Assembly (NCBI GenBank): GCA_049673305.1 | Contig: JBATXM010000277.1 | Location: forward strand, 1 to 28,050 | Reading direction: 5' to 3' | DNA length: 28,050 bases | From: Pseudonocardiaceae bacterium | Lineage (GTDB): Bacteria; Actinomycetota; Actinomycetes; Mycobacteriales; Pseudonocardiaceae | Shown: piece by piece, positions 8,257 to 16,545 of the stretch | Layout: each line of letters starts with the position of its first letter | How positions within the stretch are numbered: the first letter of the stretch is position 1 | The notes under the pieces: model-generated | Seen by the model: the letters and a program-made list of their open reading frames with translations, nothing else | Told to the model about the DNA's origin: nothing | Database searches by the model: none | Made by a program: the position numbers and the translations under genes

Positions 8257-11200
8257 TCAGGCGACCCCGTCAAGCGCGGTCTCGTCGAACACCACCGAAA
8301 GGAACCCCAAGGCTATCGCCGCGCTGACGCCCGCCCAGGCGACTGGTCCCAGGGGGGTGCAGCCGAAGAAGTGGCTGAGCCCGGGGGTTTGGACGATGCC
8401 GACGAGCACAGTCGCCGAACCCAGACTGGTGGCCAGCACCAGCGGACTGCGGTAACGCCCGACGAGCGTTTGGGTCAGCTGGGCGCCGACCAGCCCGCAC
8501 AGCGCCATGGTGCTGGTGCGCCGGGCACTTCCCGGGGTCAGGGTGCCCATGAGCCACGCGGTGGTGGCGCCCAGGCCGGTGAGGATGCCGCGGTGGCGGA
8601 TCTGGCGGGTCAGGGGCGCGTCGAGCATGGCGGTGCCGACGGGTCCGGCGCCGTGGCAGGCGTGGTGGTCGTCGGTGGGGGTGACCGCGACGGCCATGGC
8701 CGGGAACATGTCAGTAAGCAGGTTGACCAGGAGCAGCTGGCGGGTGGAAAGCGGGGAGTCGCCGGATAGCAGGGTGCCCAGCACGGTGAAGCCGACTTCG
8801 CCGGCGTTGCCTCCGAGCAGGATGCTGATGGCGTCGGCGACGCTGCGCCACAGCGCCCGGCCTTCGGTCACCGCCTCGAGCAGCACGGTGAGGTCAGCGT
8901 CGGTCAGCACGAGGTCGGCGGCGTTGCGGGCAGCGGCGGACCCGCGAGCGGCGATGCCGATCCCGACGTCGGCGGCGCGGATGGCGGCGGCGTCGTTGGC
9001 ACCGTCGCCCACCATGGCAACTACCCGACCGGCAGCGCGTAGTGCCTCGATCACCTGCAGTTTCTGCTCGGGCGTGACTCGTGCGATCACTCCGGCGTCT
9101 CGCAGGAGCCGGGCCCTGCCGGCGCGGTCCAGGGCGGCCAACTCCGGACCGGTGACCACGTTGGTGTTCTCCGGCCAGCCCAGCGTGCTGGCGATGGCCA
9201 ACGCGGTGTGGGGGTGGTCACCGGTGAGCATGACGGGGTTGACGCCGCAGTCGCGCAGGCCGGTCACAAGGAGGGCGGAGCTCGGACGCGGGGTGTCCGC
9301 CAAGGCGAGAAATCCGAGGAATTCCAGATCGTCCACGAGCTCGTCCACGGCCTCGTGCGGGTGGGATGGGTCGATGCGGCGTTGCGCGACGGCGAGCACC
9401 CGCAACCCATCGCCTGCCAGGTTTGCCGCAACGGTGGCGAGGGTCGGTTCCGCAGCCGGGCAGCAGGCCAGGATGACCTCGGGTGCGCCCTTGACCGCCA
9501 ACAGCGCTGTGGTTCCTGTTGTGCCGGTGGCTGCGGCGTACCCGCGGTTGGTTTCGAAAGGCTGGCCGCTGACCTGTGCCCAGTCGGGATCGGGTGGGGC
9601 GGCGGCCAGGACCGCCTCGTCGGTGGCGTGCGAGTGCTCGCCCGACTGGCGTCCGTCATCAGGGCAGGCGCGCGCTGCGGTCTGGAGCACCGCGCTTGCC
9701 TCGGGCTCTGTGGGTGAGTGAACCATGCCGTCCGCAGTGGCGACTCGGACCACCCGCAACCGGTTGTGGGTTAGCGTGCCTGTTTTGTCGAAGCACACTG
9801 TGTCCACCCGCCCGAGGGCTTCCAACGTGCGTGCGGTGCGCACCAGAATGCCGCGCCGGCTCAACCGCCGGGCGGCCGCCATCTGGGCGACCGTGGCCAC
9901 CAGCGGCAGTCCCTCGGGCACGGCGGCCACAGCGACCGCGACGCCACCGCTGATGGCCTGGCGGATCGGCCGGCCGTACAGCAGGGACAAGGCGGTCACC
10001 GTGGCGCCACCGGCCAGGGTGAGCGGCAGCGCCTTGCTGGTCAGTTCCCGCAGCCGGGTCTGTACCCCCGCCGCAGGGGGGGTACGTGACGCCAACGTGA
10101 CCGCTCGCCCAGTCTCGGTGTGCTCCCCGGTATCCACCACGACTGCTCTGGCCTGACCGGCAACCACAGTGGTGCCCTCAAAAACCATGCACCGGCGGTC
10201 GGCGATGGACGCGCTGGGAGACGCCGCCGTTACCTGTTTGGCCACCGGCAAGGATTCACCGGTCAGGGCTGACTCGTCAACTTCCAGATCGCTCAGGTCC
10301 AGCAGCCGAGCATCGGCGGGCACCACATCCCCGACATCCAACTCGATCACATCACCCCGGGCCAACTGGGCAGCGTCGATGACCTCGGTCCCCGTGCGCA
10401 TTTCGGACTCGTTGCGGGCAGTGCGCACCCGGCGGGCCTTCTGCTGCTGGGTCGCGGTCAAGGAGGCGAGGGCGCGTTCGGCGCGCAGCCGCTGGACGCC
10501 CCCGACCACTGCGTTGATTCCCATGGCGCCGAGGACCAACCCAGCATCCACAGTGGACCCCAGGATCGCCGATGCCCCCGCGCCCACCGCGAGGATCGGG
10601 GTGAGCGGGTCGTTGAGCTCGACGCGCACCGCATCGGCTAGTTGCAGCGACAACTTTATCGCTGCGGCACCGGGCAGTCGGAACGCCGTGCGGACGAGGC
10701 GACGTCGGTGCTCTGCTAGTCCTGACCTGGGGTCGGGGGCCGGTGGGGAATCGTTGGTCAGACGGCGCAGGACTCCCTCTGGGGTCAGGGCGTGCCAGAG
10801 GATCTGGGGGCGAGGGGTTGGTGCGGTCGTCGTCGCGACGCCCAGCGCGAAGCCCCACCCCGACAGCAACGCTGCCGCCGCAGCGAGGTTGACCGGGCTG
10901 ATGCGGGGCAACGGGGACAGCAGGTTTGCCCACCTTCGTTGCCCTCCGGTGATCACCAACAGCCCGGACAGCGCCGCGGCGGCCTGGGCGTAGGTCGTGG
11001 CATGCTGGCCGGCCTTTCGTGCTGCGGGCACAGCCCGCAGCAACCGCCACACACCCACCAGACCACGCACACACACCAGGTCCGCCGCCCACAGCACCGC
11101 GCTGCCCTCGTCGGCCAGCGTTACGGCGAGGTCTCCGCGCAACAGCCCGGCCACCACCTCCGGATCGGTCACCGCGTGCAGGCCATCCTGCTGCCTCCTG

Positions 11201-12579
11201 GTACTGAGCCGGGCGATCGTGAGCACCACGTGGCCGGCATCCTGCAGTGCGCTCACGACCTGCGACATACTCTGATCAGAGCCGACGATCTCGTCTGCCA
11301 GCTCCACGGGAGCGCCGACGGCGGGATCGCCAACCACCACCACCCGCAGACCAGCCTGCTGAGCGGCGTCCACCACGGCCCCAGCCAGCGGGTCAGGCTC
11401 GTGGCCCTGGACTGACAGGGCACTGGAATGCACCACCACGGTGTCCACGACCTGCAGCAACCGCAAACGTTCGCCGTCGCGTACCAGGACAGCTTCCCGG
11501 GCCAGGGCGCATCCCAAGGCCGCCTGGTAGGCGGCCCAGCCGTACCGGGCGGGCTTGGGGGAACCAGCCAACACCGCCGCGCTGGCCTCCTGAAGATTCT
11601 TTCTCAACAGCAACGTCGCCACCGCGCCGACCACACTTCCGGTGATGGCTTTCACCGCGTAATCGCCGAGCGGATCGACCGGAGCGGGACGACGAACAGG
11701 TGCGGTTGAGGCTGAGGCTGAGCTGATCCGTTCGGGCACACACAACTGGTCGTGGGCGGCGTCGAAGGCCACGACCCTGGCCACGGCTTCAGCCAGCTGC
11801 GACGCCCGCAGGACCGCATCCAACACCAGCTCGGTCGGCGACTGATCGACGCTGTACACGGCCGCGCTCGCGACGGCCAGCACGAAATCCGCAGTGGTCT
11901 TGCTCAGTGCGGAACGCAGCACCGAGCGCAGCCGAGGATCCTCTTGCAACAGTGTCAGGGCCGCGACTGCCATCGGTGGGGGACGCCGCAGACGCACCAT
12001 CCGAGCTGTCAACGCTCCCGCCACGCCCGCCGCGTCCACAGCCAGTGCGACTGCCGCCGCGCGAACCTCTCCCACCCCACCCGGGTGCGGAATCTCCTCA
12101 GCCTCCGCTGGCCTGGCGGCCAAGCCATGCCTGGCCGCCAACGAGGTCGCCGCCTCCACTACCCGGTCTGTGACCGCGTCCTCAGCCACCTGCACCACCA
12201 GGCGCCCCAAACCACCATCCCAATAAGCGACCAGAACATCGGGATGCTCCAACACTCCAGCGACGACCTTCTTCATCGCCTGCTGCGCCCCACGCGCCAT
12301 ACCAGCATCAGGGACACTCAACGGGAGGTGAAAGCGCTGGCCTTCCTGCCAGTGCGCGGCTCCCACCGCGACGACCCGACGCACCACACCCGTCACCGAC
12401 CGTGCGGCCTCGGTGGTCGCCCGGGCCCCAGCGCCGGCCACACCGACACCGATGGTGGCAGCCTCACCAGCAACATCAACCGCTGTGCGCACCACCACGC
12501 CAGCCCCACGCAGGACCCGCACAGGGGAGGTCAACACCAGCCCAACCCCCAGCCGCGCCAAAGCCCCCAGCACCATCAA
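8257..12579 (-). CDS. Cation-transporting P-type ATPase (P2-type, CtpH/CtpI-like) with ~590-aa N-terminal extension
   Basis: TGES (ALTGESLPV), PEGLP in TM4, DKTGTLT (D931, nt ~9787), TGDHPHTA, MVGDGANDAAAIRAADVGIGIA. Cation_ATPase_N-like LTPEGVLRRLTND at aa ~600. The N-terminal extension resembles a degenerate ATPase module (see findings). Confidence 0.85.
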   Translation of the reverse strand: MMVLGALARLGVGLVLTSPVRVLRGAGVVVRTAVDVAGEAATIGVGVAGAGARATTEAARSVTGVVRRVVAVGAAHWQEGQRFHLPLSVPDAGMARGAQQAMKKVVAGVLEHPDVLVAYWDGGLGRLVVQVAEDAVTDRVVEAATSLAARHGLAARPAEAEEIPHPGGVGEVRAAAVALAVDAAGVAGALTARMVRLRRPPPMAVAALTLLQEDPRLRSVLRSALSKTTADFVLAVASAAVYSVDQSPTELVLDAVLRASQLAEAVARVVAFDAAHDQLCVPERISSASASTAPVRRPAPVDPLGDYAVKAITGSVVGAVATLLLRKNLQEASAAVLAGSPKPARYGWAAYQAALGCALAREAVLVRDGERLRLLQVVDTVVVHSSALSVQGHEPDPLAGAVVDAAQQAGLRVVVVGDPAVGAPVELADEIVGSDQSMSQVVSALQDAGHVVLTIARLSTRRQQDGLHAVTDPEVVAGLLRGDLAVTLADEGSAVLWAADLVCVRGLVGVWRLLRAVPAARKAGQHATTYAQAAAALSGLLVITGGQRRWANLLSPLPRISPVNLAAAAALLSGWGFALGVATTTAPTPRPQILWHALTPEGVLRRLTNDSPPAPDPRSGLAEHRRRLVRTAFRLPGAAAIKLSLQLADAVRVELNDPLTPILAVGAGASAILGSTVDAGLVLGAMGINAVVGGVQRLRAERALASLTATQQQKARRVRTARNESEMRTGTEVIDAAQLARGDVIELDVGDVVPADARLLDLSDLEVDESALTGESLPVAKQVTAASPSASIADRRCMVFEGTTVVAGQARAVVVDTGEHTETGRAVTLASRTPPAAGVQTRLRELTSKALPLTLAGGATVTALSLLYGRPIRQAISGGVAVAVAAVPEGLPLVATVAQMAAARRLSRRGILVRTARTLEALGRVDTVCFDKTGTLTHNRLRVVRVATADGMVHSPTEPEASAVLQTAARACPDDGRQSGEHSHATDEAVLAAAPPDPDWAQVSGQPFETNRGYAAATGTTGTTALLAVKGAPEVILACCPAAEPTLATVAANLAGDGLRVLAVAQRRIDPSHPHEAVDELVDDLEFLGFLALADTPRPSSALLVTGLRDCGVNPVMLTGDHPHTALAIASTLGWPENTNVVTGPELAALDRAGRARLLRDAGVIARVTPEQKLQVIEALRAAGRVVAMVGDGANDAAAIRAADVGIGIAARGSAAARNAADLVLTDADLTVLLEAVTEGRALWRSVADAISILLGGNAGEVGFTVLGTLLSGDSPLSTRQLLLVNLLTDMFPAMAVAVTPTDDHHACHGAGPVGTAMLDAPLTRQIRHRGILTGLGATTAWLMGTLTPGSARRTSTMALCGLVGAQLTQTLVGRYRSPLVLATSLGSATVLVGIVQTPGLSHFFGCTPLGPVAWAGVSAAIALGFLSVVFDETALDGVA

Positions 12580-12734
12580 CCGTCCCTCACCAGGTAGCGC
12601 TGATCATGTTGTATCCGACCACACATACCCCCACAGTGCGGTGTCCAATCCCCGCCGACCGGGTCGTCGTCCGCATCACCCCGCGCAAGGTCGTCGGCTC
12701 GCTCTGCACCCCAGGCTCCATAAACGCCGGGACT

Positions 12735-12914
12735 CAGACCTCCCGGAGTAGCTTCTTTGACCTGGGGCACTGTAAGGCGTTCGCGTGAAAATCTGGTGAA
12801 TATCCGAGCATCCAAGGGTCTCCAGGCCTGCGAAGGACCGGCCTAGAACTCAAGATCATGGTTTGGGTGCCTCAGGTGACATGTCGTGTCACTTTCGGCA
12901 CCGAAACCGTGATC
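12735..12914 (+). repeat. Copy A of a ~180-bp conserved element containing a 65-nt extended imperfect hairpin (12851-12917)
   Basis: About 93% identical to 15250-15440 (one 10-nt indel). The last ~55 nt are identical. Nested stems: gatcatggtttgg/ccgaaaccgtgatc, ggtgcc/ggcacc, gtgaca/tgtcac, with loop tgtcg. Confidence 0.8.
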
Positions 12915-13809
12915 TTGATGGCCCTCACCCACCAGCCACTGGTGCAGCTGACCAACACGCTCCCGGTCGTCACTGGCATAGCTGAGGAATACCCTGACCA
13001 CCACACCTCCCGGGCACGATTGGGGACAACAAGCGAGCCCGGGTCTGCGGTGCGGTGCCAACCAGAGTCGTTCCGATGTGACGCGCGGTGTCGCCCGACC
13101 GAGGAGACGAGGTACTGGCGCGCTTCTCCGAGCTCTTGAGCTGGGACCAAAAAGTTGCTAATCAGGTGGACGCCATCGATATTTTCTACTTAGAGTAATA
13201 CTCTTCCGCCATTTTCGCACCCTGCTACCACCTGAATGTTGTTAGATCCACCATCGAAGAGTAGAAATATTCATACTGAGTGTTAGCGTTCCCGTACTTG
13301 CCGACAAGAGGTGACTCGGCGACGTAGTTCGGTTGCGCGCAGTCATAGCTGGTCGGCTGTCCAGTGGGCGGTTGGCAGGATGTTGGACAATTCTGGTCCA
13401 TGCGCACGTATGAGCGCGGCCACATCACCCGCAACGGTCGTGAGTACGTCGTGCTGCTCGCCGCAGCGGATCTCGGCACGCCAACTGGCTGAACAACTGC
13501 CGGAGACCGTCGCTGTGGCAGGTGTGGAGTTCCTCTACGGACCGCTGACGGAGAACCCCGCTCGAGCGAGAAACGCTTGTTGCAAGTAAGTGGCAAGTAT
13601 GTATGATGGTACCGGAGTTCGTTGGTGAGGTCCTCAGGGCTGAATGCACGGAGACTGTGCTCGCTATGGACGTGCTCACGACGTCTTGTTGCGCAGTGTT
13701 TGTGCCATGTCACAGAATGCTTACAAGGTCGTAAAAATTTCCGGAGGTAAGGAAACGACACTGACGGTGCCCGAGTGGCAGGGATTTCGATAGTAGGGAG
13801 AAGGCGAAG

Positions 13810-14520
13810 GTGATGCGGGCAACGTTCCACGCCGAGCTGGATGAGCTGATGGCCGAGCTCGCGCGAATGACCCGGCTGGCTGGCCAGATGATGACCAACG
13901 CGTCGATCGCGCTGCACCAGACTGATCTCGCCCTCGCGGGAGTGGTCATTGCTGATAGTGATCAGATGAACGGGATGCTCGAGGATATCGACCGGCACTG
14001 CGTCACCCTGCTGGCGTTGCAGGCCCCGGTCGCGGGGGATCTGCGGGTGGTGGTCGCGGCCTTGCACGCGGTGGGTCATGCGCAGCGGATGGGCCGTCTC
14101 GCCAGGTATGTCGCCATCGTTGCCCGGCTCAAGCACCCGAACCCGATGGTCTCCGGGAAAGTTCGTCCGGTGCTGGCCCGGATGAGCCTGCTTGCCAGCC
14201 AACTCGCCGAGGACGCCGCGACCACGATCGAGCATCAGGATCCGCTGTCCGGCTGCCGGCTGGCCGTAGCGGACGACGAGGTGGACGCGCTGCTGCGCCA
14301 CCTGTGCACCATCCTGTCCGCAGCGGATTGGTCACATGGTGTGGAACAGGCGGTGGACACCGCCCTGATCGGCCGCTATTACGAACGTTTTGCCGACCAC
14401 GCGGTAGCCATCGCACGGCAGTTCTGTTCGGTGGCCACCAGGAGGATGCCCGAGCCTGCGTCCACTGTGCCGCTACTCACGCCGGTCGTTGAACACGCCG
14501 GGGAGACAACGGGTCACTGA
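13810..14520 (+). CDS. phoU: PhoU-family phosphate signalling regulator (two PhoU repeats)
   Basis: ELDELMAELARM..DQMNGMLEDIDRHCVTLLALQAPVAGDLRVVVAALHAVGHAQRMGRLARYV, and a second repeat EVDALLRHL..LIGRYYERFADHAVAIARQ. GTG start preceded by AGGGAGAAGG. Confidence 0.85.
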   Translation: MMRATFHAELDELMAELARMTRLAGQMMTNASIALHQTDLALAGVVIADSDQMNGMLEDIDRHCVTLLALQAPVAGDLRVVVAALHAVGHAQRMGRLARYVAIVARLKHPNPMVSGKVRPVLARMSLLASQLAEDAATTIEHQDPLSGCRLAVADDEVDALLRHLCTILSAADWSHGVEQAVDTALIGRYYERFADHAVAIARQFCSVATRRMPEPASTVPLLTPVVEHAGETTGH

Positions 14521-14885
14521 TGCTGACCTGGTCGATGATGCTGTGGCGTCGTTCGCGGCTGCGGGGCAGGGCCACCCGCGACCAGGTCATAGAGGCCGAT
14601 GGGGTGGTGTTCGACGGCCCGCGGCGGCGGGTGCTGGTCGATGGCTATCTGGTGCATCTTCCAGCTCGCGAGGCCGCCGTGCTCGGCGTCCTCATGGCTC
14701 GCCCCGGCCAACTCGTGTACCGCCCCGTGCTGATCGATGCGGGATGGGGTGTCCAGCGAGCGCAGCACGGTGTTGTCGATCGGCTGATGCGCCGGTTGCG
14801 TCGTCGGCTAGAGCCCAGCCCGGTGTCTCCCGCCCGGCTTCGCCGCGTCGGTGACGCCGGCTACATCTTCGGTTCGATGCCCTAA
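14520..14885 (+). CDS. Standalone OmpR/PhoB-type winged-helix DNA-binding domain protein (no receiver domain)
   Basis: VVFDGPRRRVLVDGYLVHLPAREAAVLGVLMARPGQLVYRPVLIDAGWG...VDRLMRRLRRRLEP...VGDAGYIF matches trans_reg_C. The ATG overlaps the phoU stop (TGATG). Confidence 0.6.
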   Translation: MLTWSMMLWRRSRLRGRATRDQVIEADGVVFDGPRRRVLVDGYLVHLPAREAAVLGVLMARPGQLVYRPVLIDAGWGVQRAQHGVVDRLMRRLRRRLEPSPVSPARLRRVGDAGYIFGSMP

Positions 14886-14939
14886 GGGATCCGGCGTGGG
14901 GTCGCCAGAAGTGTCGGTCATCGGTGCCAGAACCAGGTC

Positions 14940-15266
14940 ATGAGCAGCAACGACGACCGTTTCGTGGTGCCGCTCTACTCGGTGGTCGAAGCAGCTCGTC
15001 ACCTCGACGTCCCCGCATCGACGTTCCGGACCTGGGCACATGGCTACCGGAGCTTGCGGAGAGGGCGGCCTCCTGCGGTTGGCGATCCCATCGTCACCAC
15101 CGTGCCCATCGACAGCGGAGTTTCCATCCCGTTCATCGGTCTCGCCGAGAGCTACGTACTCGCCGCTAATCGTCGAGCTGGCGTACCGCTTCAGCATATC
15201 CGGCCTGCCCTCGACCGCCTTCGTGATGACCTCGGGATCGAGCATGTCCCAGACCTCCTGGAGTAG
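14940..15266 (+). CDS. Small HTH DNA-binding protein (excisionase/MerR-like HTH)
   Basis: LYSVVEAARHLDVPASTFRTWAHGY resembles the Xis/MerR-type HTH. Weak RBS. The 3' end runs into repeat copy B. Confidence 0.45.
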   Translation: MSSNDDRFVVPLYSVVEAARHLDVPASTFRTWAHGYRSLRRGRPPAVGDPIVTTVPIDSGVSIPFIGLAESYVLAANRRAGVPLQHIRPALDRLRDDLGIEHVPDLLE

Positions 15267-15440
15267 CTTCTTGATCAAGGTCTGACCTGGGGCATCCGTA
15301 AGGTGTTCGCAGGAAAATCTGGTGAATATCCGAGCGTCCGAGGGTCTCCAGGCCTGTGAAGGACCGGCCTAGGACTCAAGATCACGGTTTGGGTGCCTCA
15401 GGTGACATGTCGTGTCACTTTCGGCACCGAAACCGTGATC
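15250..15440 (+). repeat. Copy B of the ~180-bp conserved element, with the extended hairpin at 15380-15440
   Basis: Direct repeat of 12735-12914. Weaker (~60%) homology continues ~300-500 bp downstream of both copies. Overlaps the 3' end of the CDS at 14940-15266. Confidence 0.8.
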
Positions 15441-16296
15441 ATGACCTTAGCGTCGCCTCGATGTGGGTCACCACCGCCTGCGGGCGGGAAGTTGTTCGCC
15501 CGCGCCCGGTTGGTGGGGTCATGGATGTGCGTGCCACACGAGCTGGTGGTGCGCAGGCGGGGTGACGGGCAGATGATGGCTCACCGCCAGCGAGCGCCGT
15601 ATCGATTGACGTTCATGACCTACTTGAGGAGGTCTGTGTCCGCGCTTCTCACAAGCTCTTTACCGACGGCGCTGAAGTACGCTACAACTACGCCAAAAAT
15701 GAGATCGTCGACTCGTACTTACAGCGCATCGATTTCCACGGCGACCAGTGGGCACGAGTTGTCCACCTCCCCAAGTATCACTAGGCCGACGTCGTCGTCG
15801 ATCAAGAACGAGGTTTCGGCGCACCGATCTTTGCCCGTGGGCCGATCTTTGTCCGTGGGGGAGTGCGGCTGGAGACTGTGTTCGCTGCTTTCAAGCGGGG
15901 AGCGAGAATCGACTTCCCTCGTGACCACGAGATCGCCGATCACCAGTGGATGTTGGAAGCGGCCCACCATGGCTGGCCAGTCCTTGGCGGTGACTCCAAG
16001 CACCGTCGACGCCGACGTCCTGCCGAACGAGCAGTGCTGATCGACGCCGGTGCACGGCCGTTTCACGGGCCGCTGTCCGCTCTGACGCTTAACCGCCTCA
16101 CCCTCGCCACTCCACGGGGGAGGTGGGGGGATCCGGTGCGGAGGTGCCGCAGATGGCAACTTAGGGTGAGAAGTTGCCATCTGCGGCAACCCCACACGCC
16201 GCGACAGTCCTTCCCCCGATCTCACTGACAGTGACATCGGTACGCGGTGTGGCAGACATCGGACTCCCAGCCCACCGATATGATCGTGAAACGACC

Positions 16297-16386
16297 GTGG
16301 CCGACGGGGTGGTGTTCGACGGCCCGCAGCGGCGGGTGCTGGTCGATGGCTATCTGGTGTACCTTCCAGCCTGCGAGGTCGCTGTC
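16297..16386 (+). pseudogene. Remnant (N-terminal ~30 codons) of a second winged-helix gene copy
   Basis: About 92% nucleotide identity to 14592-14683 (VADGVVFDGPQRRVLVDGYLVYLPACEVAV). Homology ends abruptly where the 3' end of the operon begins. Confidence 0.5.
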
Positions 16387-16404
16387 TGGCCACCGCGCTG
16401 TCGG

Positions 16405-16545
16405 CTACATCCCCAGAAAGCCGAGGATCTTGCTCAGTACCGCTGGCTGAGTGATCCACCACACCGCGTCGGCGAGTGCTGCCATCAGTACCAGGACCAG
16501 CACGATACGAAAAACCAGGTAGTGCGGGGGCACGGAGGTTCTCAC
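16405..16545 (-). CDS. 46-aa hydrophobic (single-TM) peptide, last gene of the Hsp70/GTPase operon
   Basis: GTG start overlaps the TGA of the upstream GTPase gene (GTGA at 16542-16545). Sequence VRTSVPPHYLVFRIVLVLVLMAALADAVWWITQPAVLSKILGFLGM. Confidence 0.35.
   Translation of the reverse strand: MRTSVPPHYLVFRIVLVLVLMAALADAVWWITQPAVLSKILGFLGM

Noticed and set aside
12576-12815. TTG-initiated minus-strand ORFs running through the repeat copies (12576..12815 and 14808..15278).
   Set aside because: Non-ATG starts, no RBS, different frames through the two repeat copies. The second overlaps the better-supported HTH gene on the plus strand.
12757-12847. Mini-ORF inside the conserved element, ...ENLVNIRAS(K/E)GLQACEGPA*, where 2 of 3 A/B substitutions are synonymous.
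   Set aside because: Only three substitutions, so not statistically meaningful. No ATG or RBS. An upstream indel breaks frame conservation between the copies.
12858-13139. ORFs 12858..13139 and 15393..16040 (+), sharing the N-terminus VPQVTCRVTFGTETVI.
   Set aside because: The shared peptide is simply the translation of the conserved hairpin element. The remainder of both ORFs is non-homologous and of low coding quality.
12735-15440. Interpretation of the two 180-bp direct repeats as attL/attR of a small integrated element (an Xis-like gene lies inside).
   Set aside because: No integrase or tRNA. Homology continues (diverged) beyond both repeats. A remnant of the wHTH gene lies outside. A tandem duplication fits better. 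Kept as a lower-probability alternative.
15445-16296. Possible genes between repeat B and the wHTH fragment (15863..16228+, 15719..16702-).
   Set aside because: Mediocre third-position GC on both strands, no recognisable motifs. The region looks like decayed duplicate DNA.
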